Part shown: positions 1 through 9,331 of the stretch, one piece after another
Position numbering within the stretch: the stretch's first letter is position 1
Layout of the letters: each line of letters starts with the position of its first letter
Assembly (NCBI GenBank): GCA_014360055.1
Contig: JACIYH010000003.1
Location: forward strand, 6,235-70,234
DNA: 64,000 nucleotides
Reading direction: 5' to 3'
Source of the DNA: Bacillota bacterium
GTDB lineage: Bacteria; Bacillota; Sulfobacillia; JACIYH01
The notes under the pieces: model-generated
What the model was told of the DNA's origin: nothing
The model's input: the letters and a program-made list of their open reading frames with translations, nothing else
Databases searched by the model: none
Position numbers and translations under genes: made by a program

Positions 1-909
1 CGAACTGACCGTCGCCAGGGCCAGGCGGGCACCTTCCAGCAAGGCGTAAGGGAAGCTCTCGCTGAAGGATGCCAGCACGTTTATGTCAAAGGCGGCCACG
101 ATGCGCTCGGGATGGGGATGGTGGCCGAGGAAATGGACGCGGTCGGAGATGCCCAGTTCGCGGGCGAGGGCCTGCAACCTGGGTCTCTCATCGCCGTCCC
201 CCAGGATGAGGAAGTGCACGTCCGGGTGCTCCCGGGTCACCATGCTGGCAGCACGTAGCAGCACGGCGTGTCCCTTCACGGGGGCCAGCCGCCCCACGAT
301 CCCCACCAGGACGCCCGAGGGTGGGATGGGGAGGCCCAGTTCGCGCAAAACCTCCTGGCGGGGAGCTGGGGGCGGGGCGTCGGAGAAGTCGATGCCGTTA
401 TAAATCGTGAAGACGCGGTCGGGTGGGAACCCGCGGTCGAGCAGCATGCGCCGGAAGCTGTCGGAAACCGCCACGTAATAATCGAAGCACCGCAGGGCCA
501 GCCGGTTGAGGTTTCCGTACAGCAGGCTCTTGTAAGCGTTTCCGGCGAAATCCAGCAGGTAATCGCTGTGCACCGTGGTTACCAGCGGCCGTTTCCAGAG
601 GGGCTTGAGCAGGCTTACCAGGAAGTTGGCCCGCGGCCCGTGACTGTGCACGATTTGAAAACCCCCCGAGCGCACCAGCCCGAGCAGGTCCCTCAAGACC
701 AGGAGGTCGTAGCGAGTCCTCTGCTCGAGGAGGACCACGTCGAGCCCCGCTTCCCTGGCCTCCCGGAAAAAGGGACCTGCCGTCAAGCAGACGAGCTTGA
801 CCCCGATGCGCTGCCTCAGGCCCCCCAGCAGCAACAGGACGTGGGTCTTCGCTCCTCCCACATCGCCCCCGCTGATCACGTGGAGAACCCGCACGTCCAC
901 GGGATGCAT
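1..909 (-). CDS. Glycosyltransferase family 4 (GT4), N-terminal about 300 aa; the 3' end is truncated by the window edge
   Basis: Manual reverse-complement translation from the ATG at 909 has no stops through to position 1. It begins MHPVDVRVLHVISGGDVGGAKTHVLLLLGGL and continues FQIVHSHGPRANFL, GRLAPVKGHAVLLRAA and FPYALLEGARLA, all classic GT4 motifs. This gene is absent from the ORF track because it runs off the window. Confidence 0.85.
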   Translation of the reverse strand, partial: MHPVDVRVLHVISGGDVGGAKTHVLLLLGGLRQRIGVKLVCLTAGPFFREAREAGLDVVLLEQRTRYDLLVLRDLLGLVRSGGFQIVHSHGPRANFLVSLLKPLWKRPLVTTVHSDYLLDFAGNAYKSLLYGNLNRLALRCFDYYVAVSDSFRRMLLDRGFPPDRVFTIYNGIDFSDAPPPAPRQEVLRELGLPIPPSGVLVGIVGRLAPVKGHAVLLRAASMVTREHPDVHFLILGDGDERPRLQALARELGISDRVHFLGHHPHPERIVAAFDINVLASFSESFPYALLEGARLALATVSS

Positions 910-925
910 CACGAAACAGCGCCTC

Positions 926-1555
926 TCAGGAGCGCGGAAGCGTGACGCGGTAGCGGCACACGTCGGCACCCTCGGCCATGCAGGCGTCTCTGGTGATGGG
1001 CAGATCCAGCAGGCGGCGCAGCAGGGTGAGCTCGCCCTGGCAGATCTCGGGGAACTCGCGGGAGACGCGGGCTATGGGGCAGTTGTGTTCGACGATTACC
1101 ATCTCGTCCTCGCCTTCCTGGATCTCCACCATGTGCCCGGTCTGCTCCTGCAGGCCCGCCAGGGCCTTCACCCGCTCGCGCGGGGGCAACTGACGGAGGT
1201 CGGGGCCATGCAGGCGGTCGGTGTATTCCGTGCGCCAATCCCAGATTGCCTGCAGGCCGGTACGGCCGTAAAGGTCCTTCACCGCCTTGAGGACCAGGAT
1301 TAGAAAGGCGTCGTACAGCCGGGGGAAGGTCTCCTGACCCTTTTCGCTAAGGCGGTACACGCTGCTGGGCCGGCCCACGCCGCTGCGCCGCAGGCTGGAT
1401 TCAACCAGGCCTTCGGCTTCCAGGACCGCCAGGTGCTGGCGGGCAGCCATGGGAGAGATGCCGAGTTCACGCCCCAGGTCCGAGGCGGTCATGCCTCCGG
1501 AACGTTTGAGCAATCCCAGGATGCTGGCACGGGTGCCGGTCGCCTGTACTGCCAT
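926..1555 (-). CDS. SufR-like winged-helix transcriptional regulator with a C-terminal Cys cluster (putative Fe-S sensing)
   Basis: N-terminal HTH (ILGLLKRSGGMTASDLGRELGISPMAARQHLAVLEAEGLV). The C-terminal EHNCPIARVSREFPEICQGEL...CRYRV matches the cyanobacterial SufR pattern (TEHNCAI..FP..CGHEL...CGY). It lies 17 bp upstream of the GT4 gene on the same strand. Confidence 0.65.
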   Translation of the reverse strand: MAVQATGTRASILGLLKRSGGMTASDLGRELGISPMAARQHLAVLEAEGLVESSLRRSGVGRPSSVYRLSEKGQETFPRLYDAFLILVLKAVKDLYGRTGLQAIWDWRTEYTDRLHGPDLRQLPPRERVKALAGLQEQTGHMVEIQEGEDEMVIVEHNCPIARVSREFPEICQGELTLLRRLLDLPITRDACMAEGADVCRYRVTLPRS

Positions 1556-1582
1556 TGGGACCCCCTCCCGGGACTCATGGTA

Positions 1583-2131
1583 TCACATTTCGGAGGTTTG
1601 TCTAGCCGTATCGTTCATAACCGAGACGTCCACCGGGTCGGGCTCCCGCGCCACTGCACCGTCAGGCAACAGGTACCCCCTGGCCTCCGGTTCCGGCCCC
1701 GCCAGGGACACCACCAACTGGACCACGCCCGGCCAGAAGGCCTGTTCCAGATCCCGGGCGGAAAGGGCCGGGGGTCCCCCGGGGTGGGAGTGATAAATGG
1801 CCAGCATTTCTTCTCCCAGCTCTTCCAGGTCCCGCAGGGCGCGATACAGGTATTCGGGGTCGGCCAGGTAGGCGCGCTCCGGTGACGGGGAGACGTTGGG
1901 CAGTGGTATGGCGCGGGAAACCACACCGCCCCTGCCGGCGAGGAGGCCGCACGCCTCTCGAGGTTTCTCCTGACGGCAGTGTTCGTTCACCCGGTCCCAC
2001 ACGGACCGGGGTATCCGTAAGCATGCCCTTTGAGGCTCAGGATCACACAGCACGGGCAGGACAAACCGCCTTTGCCGGGGAATTGCTACGGGAAACCCCG
2101 CAGGATTACCTTCGGCGGATGCGGTGATCAT
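1583..2131 (-). CDS. JAMM/MPN (Mov34) family metalloprotease-like protein
   Basis: JAMM motif present: EACGLL ... HSHPGGPPALSARD, i.e. E..HxH..S..D. The start is uncertain; ATG at 2131 is chosen, and an internal GTG before WDRVNEH is also possible. Same strand and operon-like spacing with the regulator and GT4 gene. Confidence 0.55.
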   Translation of the reverse strand: MITASAEGNPAGFPVAIPRQRRFVLPVLCDPEPQRACLRIPRSVWDRVNEHCRQEKPREACGLLAGRGGVVSRAIPLPNVSPSPERAYLADPEYLYRALRDLEELGEEMLAIYHSHPGGPPALSARDLEQAFWPGVVQLVVSLAGPEPEARGYLLPDGAVAREPDPVDVSVMNDTARQTSEM

Positions 2132-2192
2132 ACCTGCCTGTTTTGCTTTCAGGGGTGCCGACTTATGCAATTGGATGGAGGGAGTTGATGTG

Positions 2193-3155
2193 ATGCTGCC
2201 CACGGGTGAGGATGTGAGGCGGGCCCGGGACAGGCTGGCGGGGAGGGTGCGCGAGACCCCCCTTGTACCTGCTCCAGAACTGGGGGAGCGGGCGGGAGGG
2301 GAGGTGTGGCTGAAGGCCGAGAACCTGCAGGCGGAGGGGTCCTTCAAGTTCCGGGGTGCCACCAATCACATGCTGGTACTGCAAGAGGAAGGCTGGCGGG
2401 GTGGTGTGGTCACGGCTTCCTCGGGGAACCACGGGCGGTCGGTGTCGCGGGCCGCCCGTGAGCTGGGATGGCCGGCGGTGGTGGTGATGCCGGAAGACGC
2501 GCCTGCAGTTAAGGTAGAAGCCTGCCGGCGGCTGGGGGCGCGGGTGATCCTGCACGGTACCACCTCGACGGCCCGGGCGGAACTGGCCGAGCGCCTGTCC
2601 CGGGAGCAGGGGCTCGCCTTCGTTCACTCCCACGATGACGCCCACGTGGTGGCCGGGCAGGGTACGGTGGCACTGGAAATAATGGAGCGGTTACCTTCCT
2701 GCCGGGTCATCCTGGCACCGGTGGGCGGGGGTGGCCTGGCAGCCGGGATCTCGCTGGCGGCGGGAGAACTGCACCCGGGCGTGGAGGTGTGGGGTGTGGA
2801 ACCGGAGGGGTCCGCCTGCATGTACCGTTCGCTGCAGGCGGGCGAACCGGTTACCCTGGACTCGGTGAGCACGGTGGCCGACGGCCTGCGGGCGCGCCGC
2901 CCGGGGAGTATCCCCTTCGCCCTTGCCCGCCGCTACCTGAAAGGGGTGTTGCTGGTTACCGAGGAGGAAATCCTGGCCACCATGAGGTACCTTGCCCGCG
3001 AGTGTCACCTGGTGGTGGAACCCTCGGGGGCGGTGGCGGCTGCCGCCCTTTGGGCGGGAAAGCTAGACCTGCGGGGGCGGGTGGCCGTGGCAGTGTTGAG
3101 CGGAGGCAACGTGGACCCCGCCCTGCTCTGCCGGGTTATAGGGGAAGGAGTCTAG
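2193..3155 (+). CDS. PLP-dependent fold-type II enzyme, threonine/serine dehydratase-like (IlvA/TdcB/serine racemase family)
   Basis: SFKFRGA PLP-lysine motif, a GNHG glycine loop and an SGGN motif. RBS GGAGGGAG lies 8 nt upstream of the ATG at 2193; the GTG at 2190 is an alternative start. Confidence 0.8.
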   Translation: MLPTGEDVRRARDRLAGRVRETPLVPAPELGERAGGEVWLKAENLQAEGSFKFRGATNHMLVLQEEGWRGGVVTASSGNHGRSVSRAARELGWPAVVVMPEDAPAVKVEACRRLGARVILHGTTSTARAELAERLSREQGLAFVHSHDDAHVVAGQGTVALEIMERLPSCRVILAPVGGGGLAAGISLAAGELHPGVEVWGVEPEGSACMYRSLQAGEPVTLDSVSTVADGLRARRPGSIPFALARRYLKGVLLVTEEEILATMRYLARECHLVVEPSGAVAAAALWAGKLDLRGRVAVAVLSGGNVDPALLCRVIGEGV

Positions 3156-3173
3156 AGTTGCGCAGCCTGAAGG

Positions 3174-3481
3174 ACATGCTGGCGCGCGTGTTTTTGGGGC
3201 GCGGCTGGTCGGGCTGGCCCGGACCGGAGGAGCGTACGGCAGGCGCCCCTTCCCCCCCGCCGCAGGCGGAGGGGAAGCGCGAGGAGGACGACGCCGACGA
3301 GCGATCCGGCGAAGCCGATCAGGGGCGGGCCGGCGAGGGGGGCCTGCCGCCCCTCAAACCCGACTGGCGCGACATCGTGGCCTTCACCATCGCCATGTAT
3401 CAGATCCTGGCCGTGCCCTTCCTCCTCTTTTGCGGGGTGGCGCTCTTCATATACTTCCTGCTCTGGCTCTGGGCGCGCTAG
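3174..3481 (+). CDS. Small hypothetical protein with an acidic N-region and one C-terminal TM helix
   Basis: In-frame ORF directly after the dehydratase stop. The C-terminal DIVAFTIAMYQILAVPFLLFCGVALFIYFLLWLW is a clear hydrophobic helix. No homology recognised. Confidence 0.35.
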
Positions 3482-3624
3482 TGCCGCGTGGCCCGGCGCC
3501 TCCTGCCGCAGGCAGGTAGGAATGGAGCGGTCCGGTGGTGAATCTAGTAAACCCGGGAGGTGGGACCTGCCCTTTGCCAGCAGCCGACAGCCCAGGAGTC
3601 CTAGCAAGCACGGAGGGATGAGCC

Positions 3625-4413
3625 TTGCGCATCGTGGTGTGTGCCAAGCAGGTGCCCGACACCGAGGCGAGGGTGACGGTGGGCAAAGACGGCAGGTCCA
3701 TAGACGAGACCGGGATTACGTTCATCATCAACCCTTACGACGAATTTGCCCTGGAAGAGGGGTTGCGCATCAAAGAAAGGCTGGGGGGGCAGGCCACCGT
3801 CACCATGGTGTGCGTGGGGCCGCCCCGGGCCGAGGAAGCCCTGCGCACCGGCCTGGCCATGGGTGCCGATGCGGCCGTCCACGTCTGGGACGACAGCCTG
3901 GCCGGGGCCGACGCCGCCGCCCTGGCCCTGGTGCTGCAGGCCGCCGTCACCCAACTCGGGTTCGACCTCATCCTGTGCGGGCGGGTGGCCATCGACGACG
4001 CCTCCGCCCAGGTGGGGCTGCGCCTGGCCGAGCGGCTGGGGCTGCCGCACGCCAACGCGGTGACCAAACTGGAGGTGCAGGGCTCCAAGCTGGTGGCCCA
4101 CCGGGAAGTGGAAGGCGGGGTGGAGGTGGTGGAGTTGCCTCTGCCCGCTGTGGTCACCGCCCAAAAGGGCCTCAACGAGCCCCGCTATCCCACCATCCCC
4201 GCCATCATGAAGGCGCGGCGCCGGGAGATCGGGCGCCCCGGCCTGGCCGGCCTGGGCCTGGACGCCGGGAAGGTCGCGGATGCCTGCCGGAGCGAGGTGC
4301 TCTCCCTGGCTCCGGCTCCGGCGCGTAAAGGTGGACGCCTGGTGGCGGGTGAGCCCCAGGAGGCTGCCCGTACCCTGGCCCACCTCCTGCGGGAAGAAGC
4401 CAAGGTGCTCTAG
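3625..4413 (+). CDS. etfB: Electron transfer flavoprotein beta subunit
   Basis: Starts MRIVVCAKQVPDTE with a TTG start after the GGAGGGA RBS. EtfB fold motifs are present throughout. Confidence 0.9.
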   Translation: MRIVVCAKQVPDTEARVTVGKDGRSIDETGITFIINPYDEFALEEGLRIKERLGGQATVTMVCVGPPRAEEALRTGLAMGADAAVHVWDDSLAGADAAALALVLQAAVTQLGFDLILCGRVAIDDASAQVGLRLAERLGLPHANAVTKLEVQGSKLVAHREVEGGVEVVELPLPAVVTAQKGLNEPRYPTIPAIMKARRREIGRPGLAGLGLDAGKVADACRSEVLSLAPAPARKGGRLVAGEPQEAARTLAHLLREEAKVL

Positions 4414-4416
4414 GGG

Positions 4417-5412
4417 GTGGGGAAGATGGCGGGCATATTCGTCTATGCCGAAACCAAGGAAGGCGAGTTCCGCAAGGCCACGGGGGAGATCCTCTCCAGG
4501 TGCCGCGGGGTGGCGGACGCCACCGGTGAGCCCCTGGTGGCCGTGGTGGTGGGGCCCGCTCCCGAGGATGCTCCTCGGCGCCTGGCCCCCTTTGGTGCCG
4601 ACCTCGTGCTCCATGTGGAAGGCCCCGGCCTGGAGGTTTACACCAGCCAGGGCTATGCCTGGGCGGTGACCTCCTGCCTGGCGGGGCGGCAGCCGGCGGC
4701 CCTCTTTTTCGGCAACACCCCGCTGGCCCGCGACCTGGCACCGCGGGTGGCGGAGCGCATGGACGCGGCCCTGCACGCCGACTGCACCGGGCTGGCCTGG
4801 GAGGACGGGCGCTTCGTCTTCACGCGGCCCCTTTACGGCGGGAAGCTCCTTGCCCGTGCGGTCTCCCGGCCGGGTCATCCCGTGCTGGCAACCTTCCGTC
4901 CCAACTCGCTGGGGGTGGCGGAGGTGGCAGCCACCTCGCCCGCCTACGAGCGCGTGCAGGTGGAAGTCCCCGCCGGTAGCGTCGCTTCCGTGGTGAAGGA
5001 GACCATACGGCAGGTGGCGGGCCGGGTGAGCCTGCAGGAGGCGGAGATCATCGTCTCCGGTGGGCGGGGCGTAGGAGGGCCCGAGGGCTTCCGGGTCATC
5101 GAGGAACTGGCGGACGTGCTGGGGGCGGCGGTGGGGGCGTCCCGGGCAGCCGTGGACGCCGGCTGGATCAGCTACGACCACCAGGTGGGCCAGACCGGGA
5201 AGGCGGTGTCCCCCAACCTCTACATCGCCTGCGGCATTTCCGGTGCCATCCAGCACCTGGCGGGGATGTCGTCGGCGCGCTGCATCGTGGCCATCAACAA
5301 GGACCCCGACGCCTACATCTTCAAGGTGGCCGACTACGGGATCGTGGGGGACCTCTTCCAGGTGGTGCCGGCCCTCACTGCGGAACTGCGCGAGATGCTG
5401 GTGCGCGCTTAG
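4417..5412 (+). CDS. etfA: Electron transfer flavoprotein alpha subunit
   Basis: [16 protein letters not shown]-terminus and the FAD-binding C-terminal domain (IVSGGRGVG...[17 protein letters not shown]). Sits 4-13 nt after etfB. Confidence 0.9.
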   Translation: MGKMAGIFVYAETKEGEFRKATGEILSRCRGVADATGEPLVAVVVGPAPEDAPRRLAPFGADLVLHVEGPGLEVYTSQGYAWAVTSCLAGRQPAALFFGNTPLARDLAPRVAERMDAALHADCTGLAWEDGRFVFTRPLYGGKLLARAVSRPGHPVLATFRPNSLGVAEVAATSPAYERVQVEVPAGSVASVVKETIRQVAGRVSLQEAEIIVSGGRGVGGPEGFRVIEELADVLGAAVGASRAAVDAGWISYDHQVGQTGKAVSPNLYIACGISGAIQHLAGMSSARCIVAINKDPDAYIFKVADYGIVGDLFQVVPALTAELREMLVRA

Positions 5413-5424
5413 GAGCTGGTACCC

Positions 5425-7503
5425 ATGCCGACCCGGCCCATTTACTGGAACGTGCCCGGGTACCTGTGGCTGTACCTGTTCTTTGCCATCACGGTGGGCG
5501 TGCTGGCCTGGGGTCTGTGGGGGCATTACCGGGTGATCCGCCGGGGTCCGCGCCAGCCCCTCTGGGATCAGGCCGGGCGCCGCCTGTGGTCCCTGGTGGT
5601 GGACGGCCTGTTCCAGAGGCGCTTCTGGACCGACCCCTCCGCGGCGGTGATGCACCTCTTCATCATGTGGGGCATGCTGGTGCTCCTCTTCGGCACCGCC
5701 ATCGTGCTGCTGGAGGCCGACTTCCACCTCCCCGTCTTTCGGGGCACCTTCTACCTGTGGCTCTCCCTGGCCCTGGACGTTTTCGGGGTCCTGGCGGCCG
5801 TAGGGCTGGTGATGGCCCTGGCGCGCCGCTACCTGCTCCGGCCGGCCCGGCTCGACAACCGGGGCGAGGATGCCCTCATCCTGGGCGGGTTGCTGTTCGT
5901 GGTGCTCAACGGGTTTGCCCTTGAGGCGCTGCGGCTGGCCGCCTCGCCCGACCCCTGGGCGGCCTGGAGCCCCGTGGGTGCGCTGCTGGCCGCACCCCTG
6001 GCGGGGGCGGCCCCGACCACCCTGATGGCCTGGCACCGGGTGTTGTGGTGGTTGCACCTGCTCACGGCCATGGCCCTGGTGGCCTGGCTGCCCTTCTCCA
6101 AGTTGCTCCACATCCTTACCGGACCGGCCCACCAGCTCCTGCGGGACCTGGCCCCGCGGGGGGTACTGGCCCCGGTGGACTTCAGCGACGAGGCCCGCGA
6201 GGTGTACGGACTCGCCAACCTCGACGAAGTGGGCCCCCGCGGGAGGCTGGCGCTGGAGGCGTGTACCCGCTGCGGGCGCTGCCAGGAGGTGTGTCCGGCC
6301 TATCTCTCCGGGAAGCCCCTCACCCCCAAGCAGGTGGTGCTGGACCTGCGTGCTGAACTGGAGGTCGCCCTGCCCTGGCGGCAGCGCGCCGCCACCCCCG
6401 CCGCAGCGGGCCATGCAGCCGCGGGTGGCGGGGCGGGCGGAGCCAGCGCCGGCACGAGCAGCGGGCGGGCCGGCGGGGCTCCTGCCACCGGGCCGGCGGC
6501 CCGGACCATACCGGGGCAGGTGGTGGAGACGGAGGTAATCTGGTCGTGCACCACCTGCGGGGCCTGCCAGGAGCAGTGCCCCGTGTACATCGACCACCCA
6601 CCGCTCCTTGTGGAGATGCGGCGGTACCTGGTCATGGTGGAAGGAGAATTCCCGTCCGAGGCCCAGCTTGCGCTGCGCAACGTGGAGGTCAACTACAACC
6701 CCTGGGGGGTGGGCTGGGCGGACCGCGCGGCCTGGGCGGAAGGGCTCGGAGTGCCTGACTTCTCCGCCGTGGTGACCGAGCATCCCGATGCCTGGCTCTA
6801 CTGGGTGGGCTGTGCGGGGGCCTTTGACGCGCGCAACCGACAGGTGGCGGCCGCGGTGGCGGGCCTCCTGCAGAAGGCGGGAGTGCCCTTCGGCATCCTG
6901 GGCACCCGCGAGAGGTGCTGCGGTGACCCCGCCCGCCGGCTGGGGAACGAGTATCTCTTCCAGACCCTGGCCGAGCACAATGTGGCTGCCCTCACCGGTG
7001 CGGGTGTACGCCGCATCATCACCGCCTGCCCCCACTGCTACCATGTGCTGAGCCGGGAGTACCCCGCCCTGGGCGGGCAGTTCCAGGTGGTGCACCACAC
7101 CGCCTTCCTGGCCGACCTGCTGAGAGAGGGCAGGCTGAAGCCCGCCCGGCAGGCTGCCGGCGAGGGGGTCGTGTACCACGATTCGTGCTACCTGGGCCGC
7201 TACGCGGGAATCTACGACGCACCCCGGCACATCGTGGACGCCCTGGGCGCCAGGCGGGTGGAGTTACCGCGGGCGCGTGCCCGCAGCTTCTGCTGCGGGG
7301 GCGGGGGCGGCCGCACTTTCCTGGAGGAATCGCTGGGCAAACGCATCAACCTGATGCGCACCGACGAGATCGTGGGGCAAGGTGCGAAAACGGCGGTGAC
7401 CGCCTGTCCCTTCTGCCTCACCATGCTGGAAGACGGGGCCAAAGAGAGGGACCGGGCCTTCACCGTGCTCGACGTGGCTGAACTGCTGAGCCGTCACCTG
7501 TGA
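5425..7503 (+). CDS. Membrane-anchored FeS oxidoreductase: N-terminal polytopic membrane domain fused to 2x[4Fe-4S] and two CCG (HdrD/GlcF-like) domains. Putative Etf:menaquinone oxidoreductase
   Basis: About 5 TM helices in the first 230 aa. CTRCGRCQEVCP and CTTCGACQEQCP ferredoxin motifs, then CCG motifs (CAGAFD..CCG; CYHDSCY..CCGGGG). The two Fe-S motifs are separated by an Ala/Gly-rich low-complexity linker. Immediately follows etfBA, matching the Syntrophomonas-type EtfAB plus membrane FeS oxidoreductase arrangement (established knowledge). Confidence 0.8.
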   Translation: MPTRPIYWNVPGYLWLYLFFAITVGVLAWGLWGHYRVIRRGPRQPLWDQAGRRLWSLVVDGLFQRRFWTDPSAAVMHLFIMWGMLVLLFGTAIVLLEADFHLPVFRGTFYLWLSLALDVFGVLAAVGLVMALARRYLLRPARLDNRGEDALILGGLLFVVLNGFALEALRLAASPDPWAAWSPVGALLAAPLAGAAPTTLMAWHRVLWWLHLLTAMALVAWLPFSKLLHILTGPAHQLLRDLAPRGVLAPVDFSDEAREVYGLANLDEVGPRGRLALEACTRCGRCQEVCPAYLSGKPLTPKQVVLDLRAELEVALPWRQRAATPAAAGHAAAGGGAGGASAGTSSGRAGGAPATGPAARTIPGQVVETEVIWSCTTCGACQEQCPVYIDHPPLLVEMRRYLVMVEGEFPSEAQLALRNVEVNYNPWGVGWADRAAWAEGLGVPDFSAVVTEHPDAWLYWVGCAGAFDARNRQVAAAVAGLLQKAGVPFGILGTRERCCGDPARRLGNEYLFQTLAEHNVAALTGAGVRRIITACPHCYHVLSREYPALGGQFQVVHHTAFLADLLREGRLKPARQAAGEGVVYHDSCYLGRYAGIYDAPRHIVDALGARRVELPRARARSFCCGGGGGRTFLEESLGKRINLMRTDEIVGQGAKTAVTACPFCLTMLEDGAKERDRAFTVLDVAELLSRHL

Positions 7504-8197
7504 CCGGGCGCCGGGAAGTGCCCTGGCGCCGACGCGGGCGCCCCCGGTTCGGCCTCAAGCGGGCCGGGCGGGGGCGTCCGTTGTTGCCCTGGGGAAGGAG
7601 GTGCAGGCGGTAGAGGAGGTTGCCCGCCCAGGTGACGATTTCTTCCGAGCGCCGGATGGCCAGCCCCTTGCAGGCCGCCTTGCCCCCGATGGTGAGGGCG
7701 GCCACGCTGCTCACCACCAGGACCTGAGGCATGAGATGGCCGGCGTGTGGGAAAAGGGTGACCAGCCTCACCACCAGGGTGGAGGCGGCGGCGCCGCTTA
7801 GGGTTCCGCAAACGTCACCCACCACGTCGGCGCAGAAGTTGTTCACCTTTTCGGCGTTGCGCACCATCCAGAGGGCCTGGCGGGCGCCGGGCTTCTTCTT
7901 GGCGGCGCGGGCGTGGAAGGGTGCCTCCGAGGCGGCGGCGGTGGCCACGCCCACTATGTCAAACACCACCCCCACCGCCACCACCACCAGGATGGCGAAC
8001 ACGGCGGGGATGATACCGAGGCGAGAGGTAAGCGCCTGGGTGGGGACCGCCAGGCCGAGCGAAATACCGAAGGCCAGGGCGGCCATGATCAACCCGTAGC
8101 GCAACCCCTGGCGCGCCGCCGACCGGCCCTCATTCCGCCGGCGCAACCGGCCCGCGCCCGCGTGGTTGCGTCTGGGTCCTTTGTCGTCTTCGGCCAA
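7460..8197 (-). CDS. Hypothetical membrane protein (about 4 TM helices); possibly DUF21-like
   Basis: Only sizeable ORF in the 7.5-8.2 kb gap. Hydrophobic segments present ([23 protein letters not shown]; [14 protein letters not shown]). The start is uncertain; MAALAF at 8089 is possible. The 3' end overlaps the convergent upstream gene by 44 nt. Confidence 0.35.
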   Translation of the reverse strand: MAEDDKGPRRNHAGAGRLRRRNEGRSAARQGLRYGLIMAALAFGISLGLAVPTQALTSRLGIIPAVFAILVVVAVGVVFDIVGVATAAASEAPFHARAAKKKPGARQALWMVRNAEKVNNFCADVVGDVCGTLSGAAASTLVVRLVTLFPHAGHLMPQVLVVSSVAALTIGGKAACKGLAIRRSEEIVTWAGNLLYRLHLLPQGNNGRPRPARLRPNRGRPRRRQGTSRRPVTGDGSAVQPRRAR

Positions 8198-8338
8198 CCC
8201 GACCCCTCACCCCCAACACCTTCTATATTTTGCTTTACGCCCACCCATCTCCTCCCCGGCGCCTTGAGGTGCCTTGAGAAGGAGAATTGCGCCCGGGGGC
8301 GAAAAGTTAAGGGAACGAGGAACGGAGGAGGGCTGATT

Positions 8339-9331
8339 TTGGAGAAGCTCATCGAGGTCAAGGACCTGAAGACCTACTTCTTCACCTCCGACGGGGTCCT
8401 CCCCGCCGTGGACGGGGTGAGCTTCCACATCAACCGGGGCGAGACCCTGGGGGTGGTGGGCGAGTCCGGTTGCGGAAAAAGCGTGACGTCGCTCTCCATC
8501 ATGCGACTGGTACCCATCCCTCCCGGCCGGTATGTGGGCGGGGAGATCCTCTTCGAAGGCCAGGACCTGCTCAAGAAGTCGGAGCCAGAAATGCGCAAGA
8601 TCCGCGGCAACGATATCGCCATGATCTTCCAGGAGCCCATGACCTCGCTCAACCCGGTGTACACCATCGGGGACCAGATCGCGGAGGCCATCCAGCTCCA
8701 CCAGGGTCTGAAGCGCCGTGAGGCGCTCGCCAAGGCCGAGCACATGCTGCGGCTGGTGGGCGTGCCCGATCCTCACCGCCGCATCCGGGAGTATCCCCAC
8801 CAGCTGTCCGGGGGTATGCGGCAGCGGGCCATGATCGCCATGGCCCTCTCCTGCAATCCCAAGCTACTCATTGCGGACGAGCCCACCACGGCCCTGGATG
8901 TCACCATCCAGGCCCAGATCCTGGAGCTCATGAAGAGCCTGAAGCGGGAGCTGGGGATGGCCATCATGCTCATCACCCACGACCTGGGCGTGATCGCTGA
9001 GATGGCCGAGCGCGTGGTGGTGATGTACTCGGGGAAGGTAGTGGAGGAGGCGGCGGTTTACGACCTGTTCCGGCAGCCCCTGCACCCCTACACGGAGGGC
9101 CTGCTCACCTGCATCCCCCGCATCGACCGTCCCCGGGGGAGGTTGCACGTCATCGAGGGAGTGGTACCGAACCCCCTGGAGTTCCCGCCCGGGTGTCGTT
9201 TCCACCCGCGGTGCCCCTACGTCCAGGACATCTGCCGGAGCCAGGAGCCGCTCCTGGTGGACCAGGGTTCGCGCCGCATCGCCTGCCACTTCGCGCCGTC
9301 CGAGCGGCGCCCGGCCAGGGAGGTGGCCTGA
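8339..9331 (+). CDS. oppD: Oligopeptide/dipeptide-type ABC transporter ATP-binding protein
   Basis: Walker [17 protein letters not shown] signature and the OppD-type C-terminal Cys-rich extension. TTG start at 8339 follows RBS GGAGGAGGG. Confidence 0.85.
   Translation: MEKLIEVKDLKTYFFTSDGVLPAVDGVSFHINRGETLGVVGESGCGKSVTSLSIMRLVPIPPGRYVGGEILFEGQDLLKKSEPEMRKIRGNDIAMIFQEPMTSLNPVYTIGDQIAEAIQLHQGLKRREALAKAEHMLRLVGVPDPHRRIREYPHQLSGGMRQRAMIAMALSCNPKLLIADEPTTALDVTIQAQILELMKSLKRELGMAIMLITHDLGVIAEMAERVVVMYSGKVVEEAAVYDLFRQPLHPYTEGLLTCIPRIDRPRGRLHVIEGVVPNPLEFPPGCRFHPRCPYVQDICRSQEPLLVDQGSRRIACHFAPSERRPAREVA

Noticed and set aside
1882-2127. 81-aa plus-strand ORF between the JAMM and dehydratase genes
   Set aside because: Antisense to the JAMM ORF extension. 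Arg/Gly-rich with no RBS.
3601-7230. 1209-aa ORF on the minus strand
   Set aside because: Antisense to etfB/etfA and the membrane oxidoreductase. The translation is Gly/Arg/Pro-rich low-complexity. In high-GC genomes stop-free antisense frames are expected.
7913-8338. Long N-terminal extension of the oppD ORF (His-rich [28 protein letters not shown]...)
   Set aside because: No RBS. It overlaps the convergent membrane-protein gene. A true TTG start with a strong SD exists at 8339.
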